Positions 1 to 11,834 of a stretch of DNA of 64,000 nucleotides are shown piece by piece. This stretch comes from Squalus acanthias (taxonomy: Eukaryota): the NCBI GenBank assembly GCA_030390025.1, contig CM059432.1:149174001-149238000 (forward strand). The letters are read 5' to 3'. The translations under genes were made by a program, and so were the position numbers. Positions within the stretch are counted from its first letter, which is position 1; every line of letters starts with the position of its first letter. A model generated the notes under the pieces. That model had not been told where the DNA came from and searched no databases. It worked only from the letters and a program-made list of their open reading frames with translations.

Positions 1-85
1 CTGTTTTGACTTGATTCTGTAATTTTGGAAGTATTGAAGTTCTGCCATTCATTCATTCTTTCTCTCTATGATTTGCTTTTCACAG

Positions 86-160
86 AGTGGAATGTACCAT
101 GACCAAAGAAAGTACAACACCTTACATAGCTCTAAATCCTTCTCCTCCTATTATACTCGG
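86..160 (+). CDS. LRRFIP2: LRRFIP2 internal coding exon (SGMYHDQRKYNTLHSSKSFSSYYTR)
   Basis: ttttcacag|...CGG|gtctgt, 75 nt, phase 0/0; resembles recalled human LRRFIP2 SGLYFDQRNYSSLRHSKPTSAYYTR. Confidence 0.88.
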
Positions 161-1957
161 GTCTGTCCTTTTATTTCTGCTTATTTACTTCAGTAGAATA
201 TCTTGCGTTGAGCTTGACTTTGGTGTGTGGGAGACTTTCCTTAAACTAGTTCTATACCTTCTTTTGAGTACTGAAAGATATTTCCAGTTCAGGGATGTAC
301 ACAGCTTTTACAAACGGTTTGAACTTTTTAAATGAATGTTGATTTAATATACTGGTTTTATTTCCTGTAATGAACAGAACAGAAAAATTGTGAACTTGCC
401 GTAGACATGTTGTGACTTTGTTCATTTGGATGCGCAATTGCTACTTAAACTTCAAAGTACTCAAATTTTTAATATCATTCAAGACCATTCCAAAAGTAAC
501 GACCAAGTAAATGATGGGTTATGTCTATTATCATTTTCTGTACAAAGATTTGGTTTGTGTATGAAGCTGTCAGTCGCAGATGAGATAGCAGTACGATGCC
601 AAAGTGAGAACTATAAATCCGAAACCGCAGCTGTGCATAATGCTCGTGCTGATTGTTTTCTGGAGCTAGAATGGGTGAGGCAAGCAAATGTGGAGGGGAA
701 AGAAAATGAGAATGAATTAAAATAAGTGTGTAGAAAGTTGATTTGCCAGGCTTTCTATTGCTGGGGAAGAAAGAACTATTTTCAAAAAAATTAGAAGTAG
801 ATGCCATTGCTGTCAAACGTAGAGGTTTCACTGAAGAGGTGGGCTTTAACTTCTCACTCTTTAGCAACTGGCACCTTTTAATAGTGGCGATGCCAAGGTT
901 AGCAGTTGATTAGTACAGGTTTTATTTCATTACTTTGTGGATGTCTAAGTTGTGGGGAAAGCATTTTTATTTGTTGATCAACAATGATTGGCTACAAATT
1001 GCCGTTCTGTGTGTCTTCTTTTGATGGCTGTTACTAAATTCTTTCTTCATTAAAACTTCCCACCCTGCCCTCAGGTTCTTATAGCCTCCTTCCATGCATT
1101 GTCTCATTTAAATTCTGGGCTTTAAAAAAAAAAATCAGACCTGGAATTGTCTAAGAAAGACCGAGCTCCTTTTTTTGTGCTATCATGAACTGATGACCTG
1201 ATATTTGCCTGTCATATAGTTTAAGTAGTTTGCAGAAGGTCAAAAGAAATGTATCATTCATTTTGCCGCAGGGTTCCAACACTTTATCTCAGTGCGAGGG
1301 TTGATCTATTTTTCAGAAGCAAATTTTGACCTTGTCTTATCAATATTAATGTCTATAGAGGATATTACTGTGGTAGTTTGCACCACCAGCATTGTAAAAA
1401 CACTTGGGGAAAGTGTAATTACATAACTGCACTTTTATACAGTATGAAGTTTCCGATCAGGCCACACCATGCCCCAGATAGCAGCCATTAGTCATTTCCT
1501 TGGCTTTCTTTCCAAAGGATATCCTGCAAGATTATATGCTATATTTGTAACCCCCTAGACACTTTTTTAACTGTAAGGTGCCTTCAAACTTGCTCCATAA
1601 ATTTATTACAACTGTTAATGCTCCAATTTATGAAAATTATATTATTTGTCGTATTTTCATAGCTCTGCCCAAAATGCTTGCTTTTAAAAAATATATTGCT
1701 TAAATATTGTGTCACATTTGAAATAACTCTGCTCACTTCTGGCTGCTTTAAAAAAAACAGTGTGGGGTCCAGTGGACCTTCCATTTGAAATCCCAATGGT
1801 TTGGGTACATGTAACTATTTCTAATAATCTGATCTGCCAGGGGTGGAAGCGAAAGCATTTTTCGCTTCCAATTCCTGGCCAAGGACACTGTCTCTCAATC
1901 CTCTATTGAAAACCTCTCTGCCCTATGCTCATTTGTCCTTTCACTCTGTTAATTATG

Positions 1958-2201
1958 AGAAGTCGCACAACACCAGGTTATAGGCCAACAGTTTTATTTG
2001 AAATCACAAGCTTTCGGAGCGCTGCTCCTTCGTCAGGTGAAGTAAAGGAATACAATTCGACAAAGCATATATAGATAGAGAACAATGCATGTGTAGCGTA
2101 CAATGGCAGACGACTACATTTAATCCTCCTGACTGTTTCTCTGCCGAGGTGTGACAAAAGGCAATCAGGTCAGCCAGGAAGGCACCACATCAAAGACCAC
2201 A
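1958..2201 (-). mobile_element. Penelope-like element pLTR fragment (family A) with hammerhead motif, 13-bp TSD
   Basis: Direct repeat TCTGTTAATTATG at 1945-1957 and 2202-2214; minus strand reads TATATA, then hammerhead core, then AATAAA; homologous copy at 39553-39721. Confidence 0.75.
2004..2040 (-). ncRNA. Minimal type I hammerhead ribozyme motif
   Basis: Minus strand: ucac-CUGACGA-A-GGAGC-agc-GCUCC-GAAA-GC-UU-guga (stem I ucac/guga, stem II GGAGC/GCUCC, palindromic AAGCUU at stem III). Confidence 0.75.
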
Positions 2202-2982
2202 TCTGTTAATTATGGCCAAGAACCTAACCGGTGGTCTCCTTGGCACATTCCCATGCATGAAATCGCTAGCTGGCCTGTCGACCAAACCAGCAACCCTCAT
2301 CCCAGGAGTATATATCCTCCACAGGCACCTTATGCCATGCCCACATGAAACAAATTGTCCTCCGCTCGTAAGATGTGAATATTCGGCTACTTGAGATGCG
2401 ATAACTAATTGCTTAATGTCCCCAGTCATCCTGGCTAATGGGCCTTGGATGAGACAATAGATCTTCATTGGATCAGTTTGAAATACGCTTTCAGTTGTGA
2501 CATCCCCCACACCGGCTCGCCTGGCCTTAATACACATTCTTGAGTGCTTTGCAACCTGTGGCCTTTCCTTTTTTAAGCCAACGTAAATTCACTTTGTGTT
2601 AAAACACAAAGGGAAAAAATGATTAAAAATCCTGAAACATAACCGTGGGATTATTCTAATTAACTTTGTGTAATTCAAGCAGCATGAGGATTTGCAGTGA
2701 GTGGCTCCAGAACCATCATCAACACCATCCCTTCTATTTCCTCCAGATATGAGGAGAAAAGAACCCTGGCTCATGTACAGGGCATTAAAACTCCTGTATC
2801 CATGTTAGAAATGCTCGGTCTTACTATTAATTTCTCCATTCCAGTTATATTCCTCTTTTTATTTTGGTGTTAAACAGTATTGCTTTTCACTTTTGATGAA
2901 TATATCAAAGATGCTAAATTTATTGCATAATTGGGAATGCACTAATTCATTTGGATTCCCCACCCCTTCATTTCCAATACAG

Positions 2983-3030
2983 CCTTCCTCTCTCTATAGT
3001 GCTCCAGTTGCAACAACCAAGAGTTCCAGG
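2983..3030 (+). CDS. LRRFIP2: LRRFIP2 internal exon (PSSLYSAPVATTKSSR)
   Basis: atacag|...AGG|gttagt, 48 nt; resembles human QSSSLYSDPLATYKSDR. Confidence 0.87.
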
Positions 3031-3150
3031 GTTAGTATGATTTGTTGTATATGTCATTGGTCTTATCGTCACAGTCAAATTCCTGCAACACGTGTAACTA
3101 TTAATAAAAAAATGTGTTTCATGTGAATAAATACATTTTTCCTTCTTTAG

Positions 3151-3195
3151 GCATCTTCTAATTTAGGCACTGGCCTAATTCGAAGCCAAAGTTTG
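3151..3195 (+). CDS. LRRFIP2: LRRFIP2 internal exon (ASSNLGTGLIRSQSL)
   Basis: ccttctttag|...TTG|gttggt, 45 nt; resembles human ASPTANSGLLRSASL. Confidence 0.83.
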
Positions 3196-4365
3196 GTTGG
3201 TATACCTTACCTGCATGGATTATAGATAGAATGTTGAAGCATCTGAGTTGCTCATAGCAGTAATAGCTTTTCTGCAACCTAGAATTTGTTTGGCCATATA
3301 ACTTCTCCAATATATCAGTAAAATAGACAGTCAGCATATGGCAATAATAGTATAAAAAAATTTCTGTGCTAACTAGCATTAGTTAGTGACATAATTGCAT
3401 TTTTGAAAGCCCTGCTTGTTGCCATTAAATACGTGAAGTGCTATATTAATGCTTTATTATGCATTATAGACCAAAGAAATTATCAAAGAGAAAGCTGAGA
3501 AATAGTTATTAGCGAAAAAGCTTTTGGATGACATTAAACTTATAATAATGCATAGATTCACAATAATTTGTATTAATAAGTCGCGGAACTGGAGGAGCAG
3601 TTCAGAATTTCAGTGATTTGCTTTCCTGACGTAATTCAAGTTTAGCCTGCAATATTTTATATGGCCTTTGCAAAGAAGACTCAACTTAACATTGGACTAG
3701 TCAGAATTAATGTTGCTGCCCTTCACCTGTAAAATACTAAGAAAGCTACATCCCTGCATTGCCGTATTGTATGTGGTGATTTTTAAAATTGCCTAATAGT
3801 CTAGTAGAAGCTCCTTCATGGACCCACCTCTCCTGGCCATTCATATATTAAGTGAGGACAATTTAAAGACTGATTTCCCCCAATTGTTAAGTATTGTAGA
3901 AATGCCCAAGAGCAAATATACTTAACTGAGCTTTAATATGTTTATACAGAGGCAGATTAACGCACAGGCCTGGGGGCCGTGTCCAGTGGCCCCTGGCAAA
4001 TATGGGGCCCCACCAAGGGCTCCATGCCCAAGAACACAGAAAAACTGCTGGATCAAAATATTCTAGCATTTAGAAATACTGTCAGAAGGGAACGAGGCAG
4101 ATTTTGTGTTTTAATGGAGGGGGTCGGGGGTGTGGAAGGACAAATGTTCTTGGTGCCCAAGTCTCCAATAATTCTAATTCCAGTTCTCAGTTTAGCTTAG
4201 AGGCTGCACTATTAAACTGCCCCATTGTTCTATTCTTTAGTATTGGTGTACTATGTGACAATATAATCTTCCTCATTTGTTAAAATTCCATATACAAATG
4301 AACACTTAACAGTAAATCACCTTCTTGGACTGCATCTCCATGAATAGCAACAAAGCAGAAAATCA

Positions 4366-4800
4366 AAGAAAGAACAAGACTTAGATTTATGTAGCACCTT
4401 CACGACCACAGGACGTCCCAAAGTGCTGTGGAAGCACTTTGCCAATGAAGTACTGTTGTAATGTCGGAAACGTGGCAGCCAATTTGCACACAGCAAGCTC
4501 CCACAAACAGCAATGAAATAAATGTTCATATCATCTGTATTAAGTGTTGGTTGAGGGATAGATGTTGGCTAGGACACCAGGAGAACTCCCCTGCTCTTTA
4601 TCGAATAGTGCTGTGGGATCTTTCACGTTCAACTGAGAGGGCAGATAGGGCCTTGGTTTAACATCTCACCTGAAAGATGGCACTTCCAACAGTGCAGCAC
4701 ACTCAGTGCTGCACTGGAGTGTCAGCCTCGATTTTGTGCTCAACTCTGGAGTGGAACTTGAACCCACAACCTCAGAAGCAAGGGTGCTATCATTGAGCCA
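4366..4800 (-). mobile_element. tRNA-derived Deu-domain SINE (SacSINE1/AmnSINE1-like)
   Basis: tRNA-like head with B box GGTTCAAGT, central AAAGATCCCA..GCACTATTCG..GAGCAGGGGAGTTCTCC domain, L2-like tail. Confidence 0.75.
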
Positions 4801-5299
4801 AGGGTAATGACCAATTCAAAGTAAAAACCATGAGGTGGCTGGGAAAGCAGAAATAATTATATCTGAATTCCAGACAGCTCAATCAAATTTAAAATAAGCA
4901 CAGTCAATACTGTAGGAAAAATACTTGGGACACTAACTCTAGATTCGACTGTCTTGATCAAAAAAACAACTTCAAATGCTGGAAATAGAGAGTAGGTCTG
5001 TCGGCATCTGAAAAGAGAAAGTGTAACATTTTGAGTACAAATCCTTTGTCAGAACTGTTATTCATGTTACTTTAGCCTTCTGCATAGACAGAACTGAAGA
5101 TATTCATCTTTCAAGGCAATTGTTCACAAATTCATCATCTAACAGATCCTAGAATTGGGTTGTAGAATGTATGTTATTAATGGCCCTACTTTGGACAGCA
5201 GCCAACAGGGAAAGTTGGAACCCATTTTGCCTGTGCTCAGGCCACTTCTTGGGCCAATTTTCATAGTGTCTGTTGAAGCAATCTGTAAAGCACCGATGT

Positions 5300-5690
5300 G
5301 CGTCAGAAGGTTGTGAATTCAAGCCACACCATGGACTTGGATATATAATCTAGGTTAACACTTTAGTGCAGTAAGCAAGGAGTGAGGACTATGTTGTTAA
5401 TGGTGCTCTTTTCAGATGAGACATTAAACTGAACTGTTTGTTCAGGTGGACATAAAAGATCTCATGGCAGAATTTGAAGAAGAGCAGGGTGACGTGACCA
5501 ACATTCATCCCTGAACAAAAACAGATTAACTGGTTGTTCATCTTTTTTCCTATTTGTAGGATTTTGCTGTGCACAAATTGGCAGCTGCAATTGCGTACAT
5601 AACAGCCATAGTAATTAATTGATGTGAAGCACTTTTTGGATGTTCTAAGGACATGTTACGACACTCCTGTACATAAATGCAATTTCTTTC
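5300..5690 (+). mobile_element. Deu-domain SINE, degenerate, + orientation
   Basis: gtcagaaggttgtg..ttcaag head; caggtggacataaaagatctcatggca domain; ataaatgcaa tail. Confidence 0.7.
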
Positions 5691-6174
5691 CTTACTTTGT
5701 TCCATCTGTTTTTACCAAGTCTTGCTTATCTCTGTCTTAATTGGACACTTCAGACAGAGAAGCGCTTTGATTCTACTGTGCTTCAAGCTGACCTTAACGT
5801 TCGAATATTGGCTTTTGACACCAGACATTTTATTGCTTCGGTATGTTTTATTTCTGTGTGGAGGTTGAACAACTGAAGATGAATGCTACCTGTGTAAATG
5901 GTTTTCCTCTTTGAATGTAGTTCAACTTCCACATTCAAAGCTTCTGCCCTTTAAACTGCTCATTTCTTTTCCTGACCTGGTACACCTTGGAGCTTTTTTC
6001 CCTGTGTTCAGATTTCCTCCTTGTTTCAGTTCTGTCCCTTTTGTTGCCTTCTCTGGCTGTAATGAGGTGTGGTTCAGAACAAGGCCCTTTGTACATTGGG
6101 GCGGGTGTAAAAATGGCTACAGAACGGTAACCCCTTTTGAAAATGTACTGTTTCTAAACGTGCCGTGTGTTCCC

Positions 6175-6277
6175 TTTCTCCTCATCTCTTCCTCTCTCCT
6201 TTCTCTCCTCTCTCTCTTCTATCCACACTCTGTTTGCTCTCCACTCTCTTCTCTCCTTTCTCTCTCTCTCTCTCTTT
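6175..6277. repeat. CT-rich low-complexity tract with (CT)n
   Basis: Direct reading. Confidence 0.8.
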
Positions 6278-6374
6278 GACCCATTTGATGATGGAGAATT
6301 AATTTCTATTGAACCTGTCAAATAATGAGATAATTACAGTTGGTAATCCAATACTGCTTCTGTCAACCAATAAT

Positions 6375-6804
6375 AGAAAGACATGGAATTTATATCGTGC
6401 CTTTCATGACCTCGGGAAGTCCCAAAGCGAATACAGTCAGTGAAATACTTTTGAAGTGTAGTCACTGTTGTGATGCAGGAAACTCAGCGGCCAATTTGCA
6501 CACAGTTATGTGATAATGACCAGATAATCTGTTTTTAGGTGTTGGTTAAGAGATAAATATTACCAGGAGAAAACTCCCCTGCTCTTCTACGAATTAGTGT
6601 CATGGGATCTTTTACGTCCACCTAAAAGGGCAGACAGGGCCGCGGTTTAATGCCTCATCCAAAAGATGAGACCTCTGACAGTGCACTCCCTCAGTACTGC
6701 ACTGGAGTGTCAACCTAGATTACGTGCTCAAGTCCCTGAAGTGGTACTTGAACCCACAACCTTCTGACTCCGAGGCAAGAGTGCTACCACTGAGCCACAG
6801 CTGA
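6375..6804 (-). mobile_element. Deu-domain SINE, near full length
   Basis: Minus strand A box TGGCTCAGTGG, B box GGTTCAAGTAC, Deu domain and L2-like tail. Confidence 0.8.
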
Positions 6805-7288
6805 TGCCTAATGGACCAATTGGAGGTTCAAAGCAACCCCAATCTAATCTGTTGCAGTCAACTAAGTGTTTTTTTTTGTCTTGGACTATGGAAAATGCAT
6901 TTACTGAACCCATGCACCACATTTGTTACTTAAGACAAAATGAACAGGATAAGAAGCTGACTTTGGTGCAGTAAAATTTGCTATGCTTGTTTATCTTTGC
7001 CCACCAAAAAAAAATATCAAAATTTCGCCTGTTTTTAAAATGTAGTTACAGAGCTCTGGCTTTAGACAGTTGTGACATTTTATCAGAATGTGCAAAGGTT
7101 CTAAGTCAGATATGCTGGAATGTTTGAGACATTTCGGTCTTGTAAAGCTTGTACTTTGTTTACTTGTGCGTAGACAGAATTTGATGGTTGTGATGCTGTT
7201 AACCTGGTTGGCTGAATGCCGAATAAAGGCTGTGGTTTAGTTTGTTTCTCTAACCACTCAGCATTTGGCCCATACTTTATATTTGTAG

Positions 7289-7345
7289 GCGTCATTGCGC
7301 GATGAGGGACTTTACAGTCATGATCGGCGATATAGCTCAAGAACT
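7289..7345 (+). CDS. LRRFIP2: LRRFIP2 internal exon (ASLRDEGLYSHDRRYSSRT)
   Basis: tttgtag|...ACT|gtaagt, 57 nt; resembles human ASLYNGGLYNPYGPRT. Confidence 0.83.
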
Positions 7346-7449
7346 GTAAGTTTCCTGCACTGTGTGTGTGACACCTTCATTTAAAAAAAAAAGCTTTTAG
7401 ATTACTGGACAGCATCATTACGCTTTTAAAATCCTGAATTTTTCCGCAG

Positions 7450-7503
7450 CCATCTGAATACAGCTATTCTTCCCGAGCAAGCTCAGTGCACAACAGCCCA
7501 GTG
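7450..7503 (+). CDS. LRRFIP2: LRRFIP2 internal exon (PSEYSYSSRASSVHNSPV)
   Basis: tttccgcag|...GTG|gtaaga, 54 nt; resembles human PSECSYYSSRISSARSSP. Confidence 0.88.
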
Positions 7504-7825
7504 GTAAGAATAGTGTCTGAGCATGGCGAATGATTTCCAATTTATGCATGAAATTATTGTTGATTAAACTAGTGATGCAAAGCATGAGGTGCCTCCACAG
7601 AAATCTTTACTGCACAAACACTGAAGGTCTAAATACAGTTTAAAAAAAAAGTGAATGATAGAATGAAATGTGTTAACAGTACCAAGCAACTTAGTTAGTT
7701 GAGTTGGCTTTTTGTGCAACACTGCTTTGTTACATGAAGACCCAGACATGCTCAGACATAGTCATCACAATAACAATCTTAACAACTGCATGTAAAATAC
7801 TTGATGTGAACAACTCTCATATAAT

Positions 7826-7956
7826 CGCAAAATACTGCGGATGCTGGAAATCTGAAATAACAACAGAAAATGCTGGAAACACTCAGCAGGCCAGGCAGCA
7901 TCCGTGGAGAGAGAAACAGAGTTAACGTTTCAGGTCGGAGACCCTTCATCAGAACT
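7826..7956 (-). mobile_element. Penelope-like element pLTR fragment (family B)
   Basis: Same sequence as 31715-31841 and 47921-48128; carries a complete hammerhead core. Confidence 0.7.
7920..7956 (-). ncRNA. Minimal type I hammerhead ribozyme motif
   Basis: Minus strand: aguu-CUGAUGA-A-GGGUC-ucc-GACCU-GAAA-CG-UU-aacu (stem I aguu/aacu, palindromic AACGUU at stem III). Confidence 0.75.
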
Positions 7957-8619
7957 TAAATATAACACTGGATACGTACCAAGCAATGCTAGAAATCTAA
8001 ATGTCAGAGGTAGTTTGAGTACATTACAGGCGCAGAAAATCATTTCTCTTGCTTCAAGCCCTCTTACTAAGTGCCCATTTATAACAAATCACCAGTTACC
8101 TGTTCACAATGCTGCATATGAATTCTATGGGACATTTAAATCTAGATTGGAGTGTTTACTGACTCACTGCAGAGTTGGGCCCAATGTCCCATCTAAGAGC
8201 TGAATGAATGAGCAGCAATGCAGCTGATCGCAGTGCAAGTCCGAGCTGCAGCACTGCATCTGCAGACTAACTCCAACAAGTACACACTGACTAAATCTGC
8301 ATAGCAGTGGTGAAACACGGTTGCATTTTGAAAACTAGATGCTTTTAAATCAAACTTCAGTTTTGTTAACTTTCTGCCAGTGGCTGTCTATTTCAGCTGC
8401 ATTGCCCTTTAGACTGAATTGCAAGATCCATTTTGTTGATATGTAAGCCAGCATGTTCTGTAATATGTTTCGAGGGGTGAAATCCTCATTTTGGATAATG
8501 TATCGTATTACCAATATTTGGAAATGTGTGTTTCATCCCTCCCTCCAACTCCCTTTCCTCTCCCCCCTCCTCCACTCTCCCCCACGTCGCTCGTGCCTCC
8601 CTCTCCTCCTCGCTTGTGC

Positions 8620-11230
8620 CATATATCTCTTTGGTATGGCTAACATACCATTTGCTTTCATAATTGCTTGCTGTACCTGCATGTTAACTTCCTGTGATTC
8701 GTGTACAAGGACACCTAGCTCCCTCTGAATACCATTTCCCAATCTCTCACTATTTAAAAAATATTCTGCTTTTCAATTTTTGTCCTACCAAAGTGGATAA
8801 CTTCACATTTCTCCACATTATATTCCATCTGCCACATTCTTGCCCACTCACTTAACACCTCTATCCCTTTGCAGCCTCCTTACAGCTTACTATCCCACCT
8901 AGCTTTGTATCGTCAGCAAACTTGGATATGTTGCACTCGGTTCCCTCATTTAAGTAATTGATATAGATTGCAAATAGATGAGGCCCCAGCACTGATCCAT
9001 GCAGCACCCCACTAGTTACAGCTTGCCAACCTGAAAATGACCCGTTTATTCCTACTCGGTTTTCTGTCTGTTAACCAATCCTCAATCCATATTACCCCCA
9101 ATCCCATGAACCCTAATTTTGTGTAATAACCTTTTGTGTGGCGGCACATCGCATGATTTTTGAAAAATCAAATATACAACATCCACTGGTTCCCCCCTTA
9201 TCTACCCTGCTAGTTAAAACCTCAAAAAGCTCTAACAGATTTGTCAAACACAATTTCCCTTTCATAAATCCATGTTGACTCTGCCCAATCATATTATGAT
9301 TTTCTAAGTGCCCTGTTACCATATCCTTAATAATAGATTCTAGCATTTTTCCTACTTCTGATGTCAGGCTAACTGGTCTATAGTTACCTGTATTCTCTCT
9401 CCCTCCTTTGTTGAACAGCAGGGTTATGTTTGCTATCTTCCAATCCATGGGGACTGTTCTCAAGTCTAGAGAATTTTGGAAGATCAAAACCAATGCATTC
9501 ACTATCTCTGTAGCCACCTCTTTTTAAAACCCTAGGATGTAGGCCATCAGGTCCAGGGGATTTGTTGGCTTTTAGTCCCATTAATTTCTCCAGTACTATT
9601 TCTTTAATACTAATTTCTTTCAGTTCCTCATTCTCACTGGACCCTTGGTTCCCCACTATTTCCAGAATGATTTTTGTGTCTTCTACCGTGAAGACAGATC
9701 CAAAGTATTTGTTTAATGTCTCTGCCATTTCCTTATTCCCCATTATAATTTCTCCTGTCTCTGCCTGTAAGGGACCCATGTTTACTTTTGCTAATCTCTT
9801 AATTTTTACACACCTATAGAGACTTTTACAATCTATTTTTATGTCTCTTGCTAGCTTACTCTCGTATTCTATTTTTTCTCTCTTTATCAATTCCTTTGTC
9901 ATCCTTTGGGAGGATCTTAGAATTCAGCAATCATCAGGCTTACTACTCATTTTGGCAACATTATAAGCCTCTTCCTTTAATTTAATACTATCTTTAACTT
10001 CTCTTGTTACCCATGGTTGGACCACTTTTTCCATGGGGTTTTTATTCCTTAAGGGAATGTATATTCGTTGCGAATTTTGAATTATTTCTTTAAATGTTTG
10101 CCATTGCTTATCTACCGTCATATCTTTTAATCTAGTTTCCCAATCTACCTTGGCCAACTCGCTCCTCATACCTACGTAGTTTGCTTTGTTCAGATTTAAG
10201 ACCCTAGTTTCAGAGTTAACTAAATCACCCTCAAACTCAATATAAAATTCTGTCTCATTATGATCACTCTTCCCAAAAGGCTCCTTTACTACAACCCTTA
10301 TTAATAAACCCTGTCTCATTGCACAATACTGGATCTAAAATAGCCTGTTCTCTAGTTGGTACCTTGACATACTGATCTAGAAAAGTATCTTGAATACATT
10401 CCATGATCTCGTCCTTCAGTGTTATTACTGCAAATTTGGTTTGCCCAGTATATATGTAGATTAAAGTCCCCCGTGATTACTGTATTATCCTTGTTACATG
10501 CCCCGTTAATTTCCTGATTTATACTGTGCTTGATGCTACAACTCCTGTTAGGGGGCCTATACATTACTCCCACCAATGTTTTCTGCCCCTGATTCTTAGC
10601 TCCACCCAAAGTGATTCTACATCTTGATTTTCTGAACTAAGATCCTTTCTCTCTGACTATCCTTATCCCATCCTTTTATCAGGGCAATCCCTCCCCCCAC
10701 CCCTGCTCTCCTTTAACATTTTGCCTGTCTCTTTTAAAAGTCAAGTATGCTGGAAAATTTAGTTCCCAACCTTGGTCATTCTGCAACCATGTCTCCTTAA
10801 TGGCTATTAGATCAAACCCATTAATTTCTATCTGTGCTATTAATTCATCTATTTTGTGCTTCACGCATTCAGATGTACTGCCTTTAGCTTTAACTATTTT
10901 TGTATTTTTCCCTGCTGTCACCTTAGTCATGAATGCCCTATTACATTTGTTAAACTCTCTGAACCTTCCTGACCCACTCTGCTTATCTTTACCCAGATCA
11001 CTACTCTGCCCTACAGCCTTCACATTTCTCTTACTGCTTTTGAATTTACCCTTTCCTGAACCCTCCCACACCCCCCTTCATTAATTTAAATCCCTATCTA
11101 CCATCCTAGTTATTCGATTCACCAGGACACTGGTCCCAGCCCGGCTTAAGAGGAGCTCATCCCAACGGAACAGCTTCCTCTTTCCCCAGTACTGGTGCCA
11201 GTGCCGCATGAATCGAAAGCATAGTGATGT
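8620..11230 (-). mobile_element. Decayed CR1-clade LINE (ORF1 esterase end, APE endonuclease and RT fragments)
   Basis: ORF fragments IAIKETWL, VMYRPPN, GDFNL, SPGPDGLHPRVLK, NYRPVSLTS, QHGFMKGK.CLTNL. Confidence 0.9.
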
Positions 11231-11834
11231 TTCTCTCTCTCTCCCTTCTGTTGTGTAAAGCAGGGGTATCCAAGATTTTATCATCATTGATCACGTTAAT
11301 GGAATCTCGGTCACATATGTAGTTTTTAAATCCATGTTCCAAATAAGTTGCATGTCTCTCGAGGTGCTAATACCAACAGATCTTGGTGTTCCGATTTAGA
11401 ATTTATCCACCAGTAAGATAATAGTACAAAAACCAGCAAATAAGAAATATAAGTATAAAACGGGACATATTTCCAGGGCTCCATGTGGCCATGCTGATAC
11501 CTCAGGTTACATGTTCCATGCAGGCGCTTGGCTTCATCCCAGTAAAGTGATTTTTAAAACATTGGCTGGGCCTATCGTGGCTAATGCACTTTGCTTCGCT
11601 GCAGAAAGAAGATAATGGGCCAGATTTTGCTCTCGCAGGGCATCTGATGACATCTGCAGTGAGTTAGACTTACCTCTGCTCTCTTCAGCTCGAAACATCT
11701 TTGCACACAATGTTGCTGAAAGAGCAAGCTGGTAACGGCGAGCAGCGAGAGAAACAGGACATCTGGGACCTGAGTGAACAGGGCAACCAACAGGGTATCT
11801 CCTTAAACAATGAGATTTAAGAATTGCGAAGAAA

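Noticed and set aside
5911..6279. 122-aa hydrophobic ORF
   Set aside because: Arises from a pyrimidine-rich, CT-repeat tract with no splice or homology support
6730..6804. tRNA gene
   Set aside because: A and B boxes belong to a SINE head that continues into the Deu domain
7819..7965. TSD for the 7826-7956 element
   Set aside because: Only a 6-bp AT-rich match (ATATAA), which could be chance
11640..11700. Possible + strand hammerhead (CTGATGA ... GAAA)
   Set aside because: No stem II or stem I pairing around the motifs
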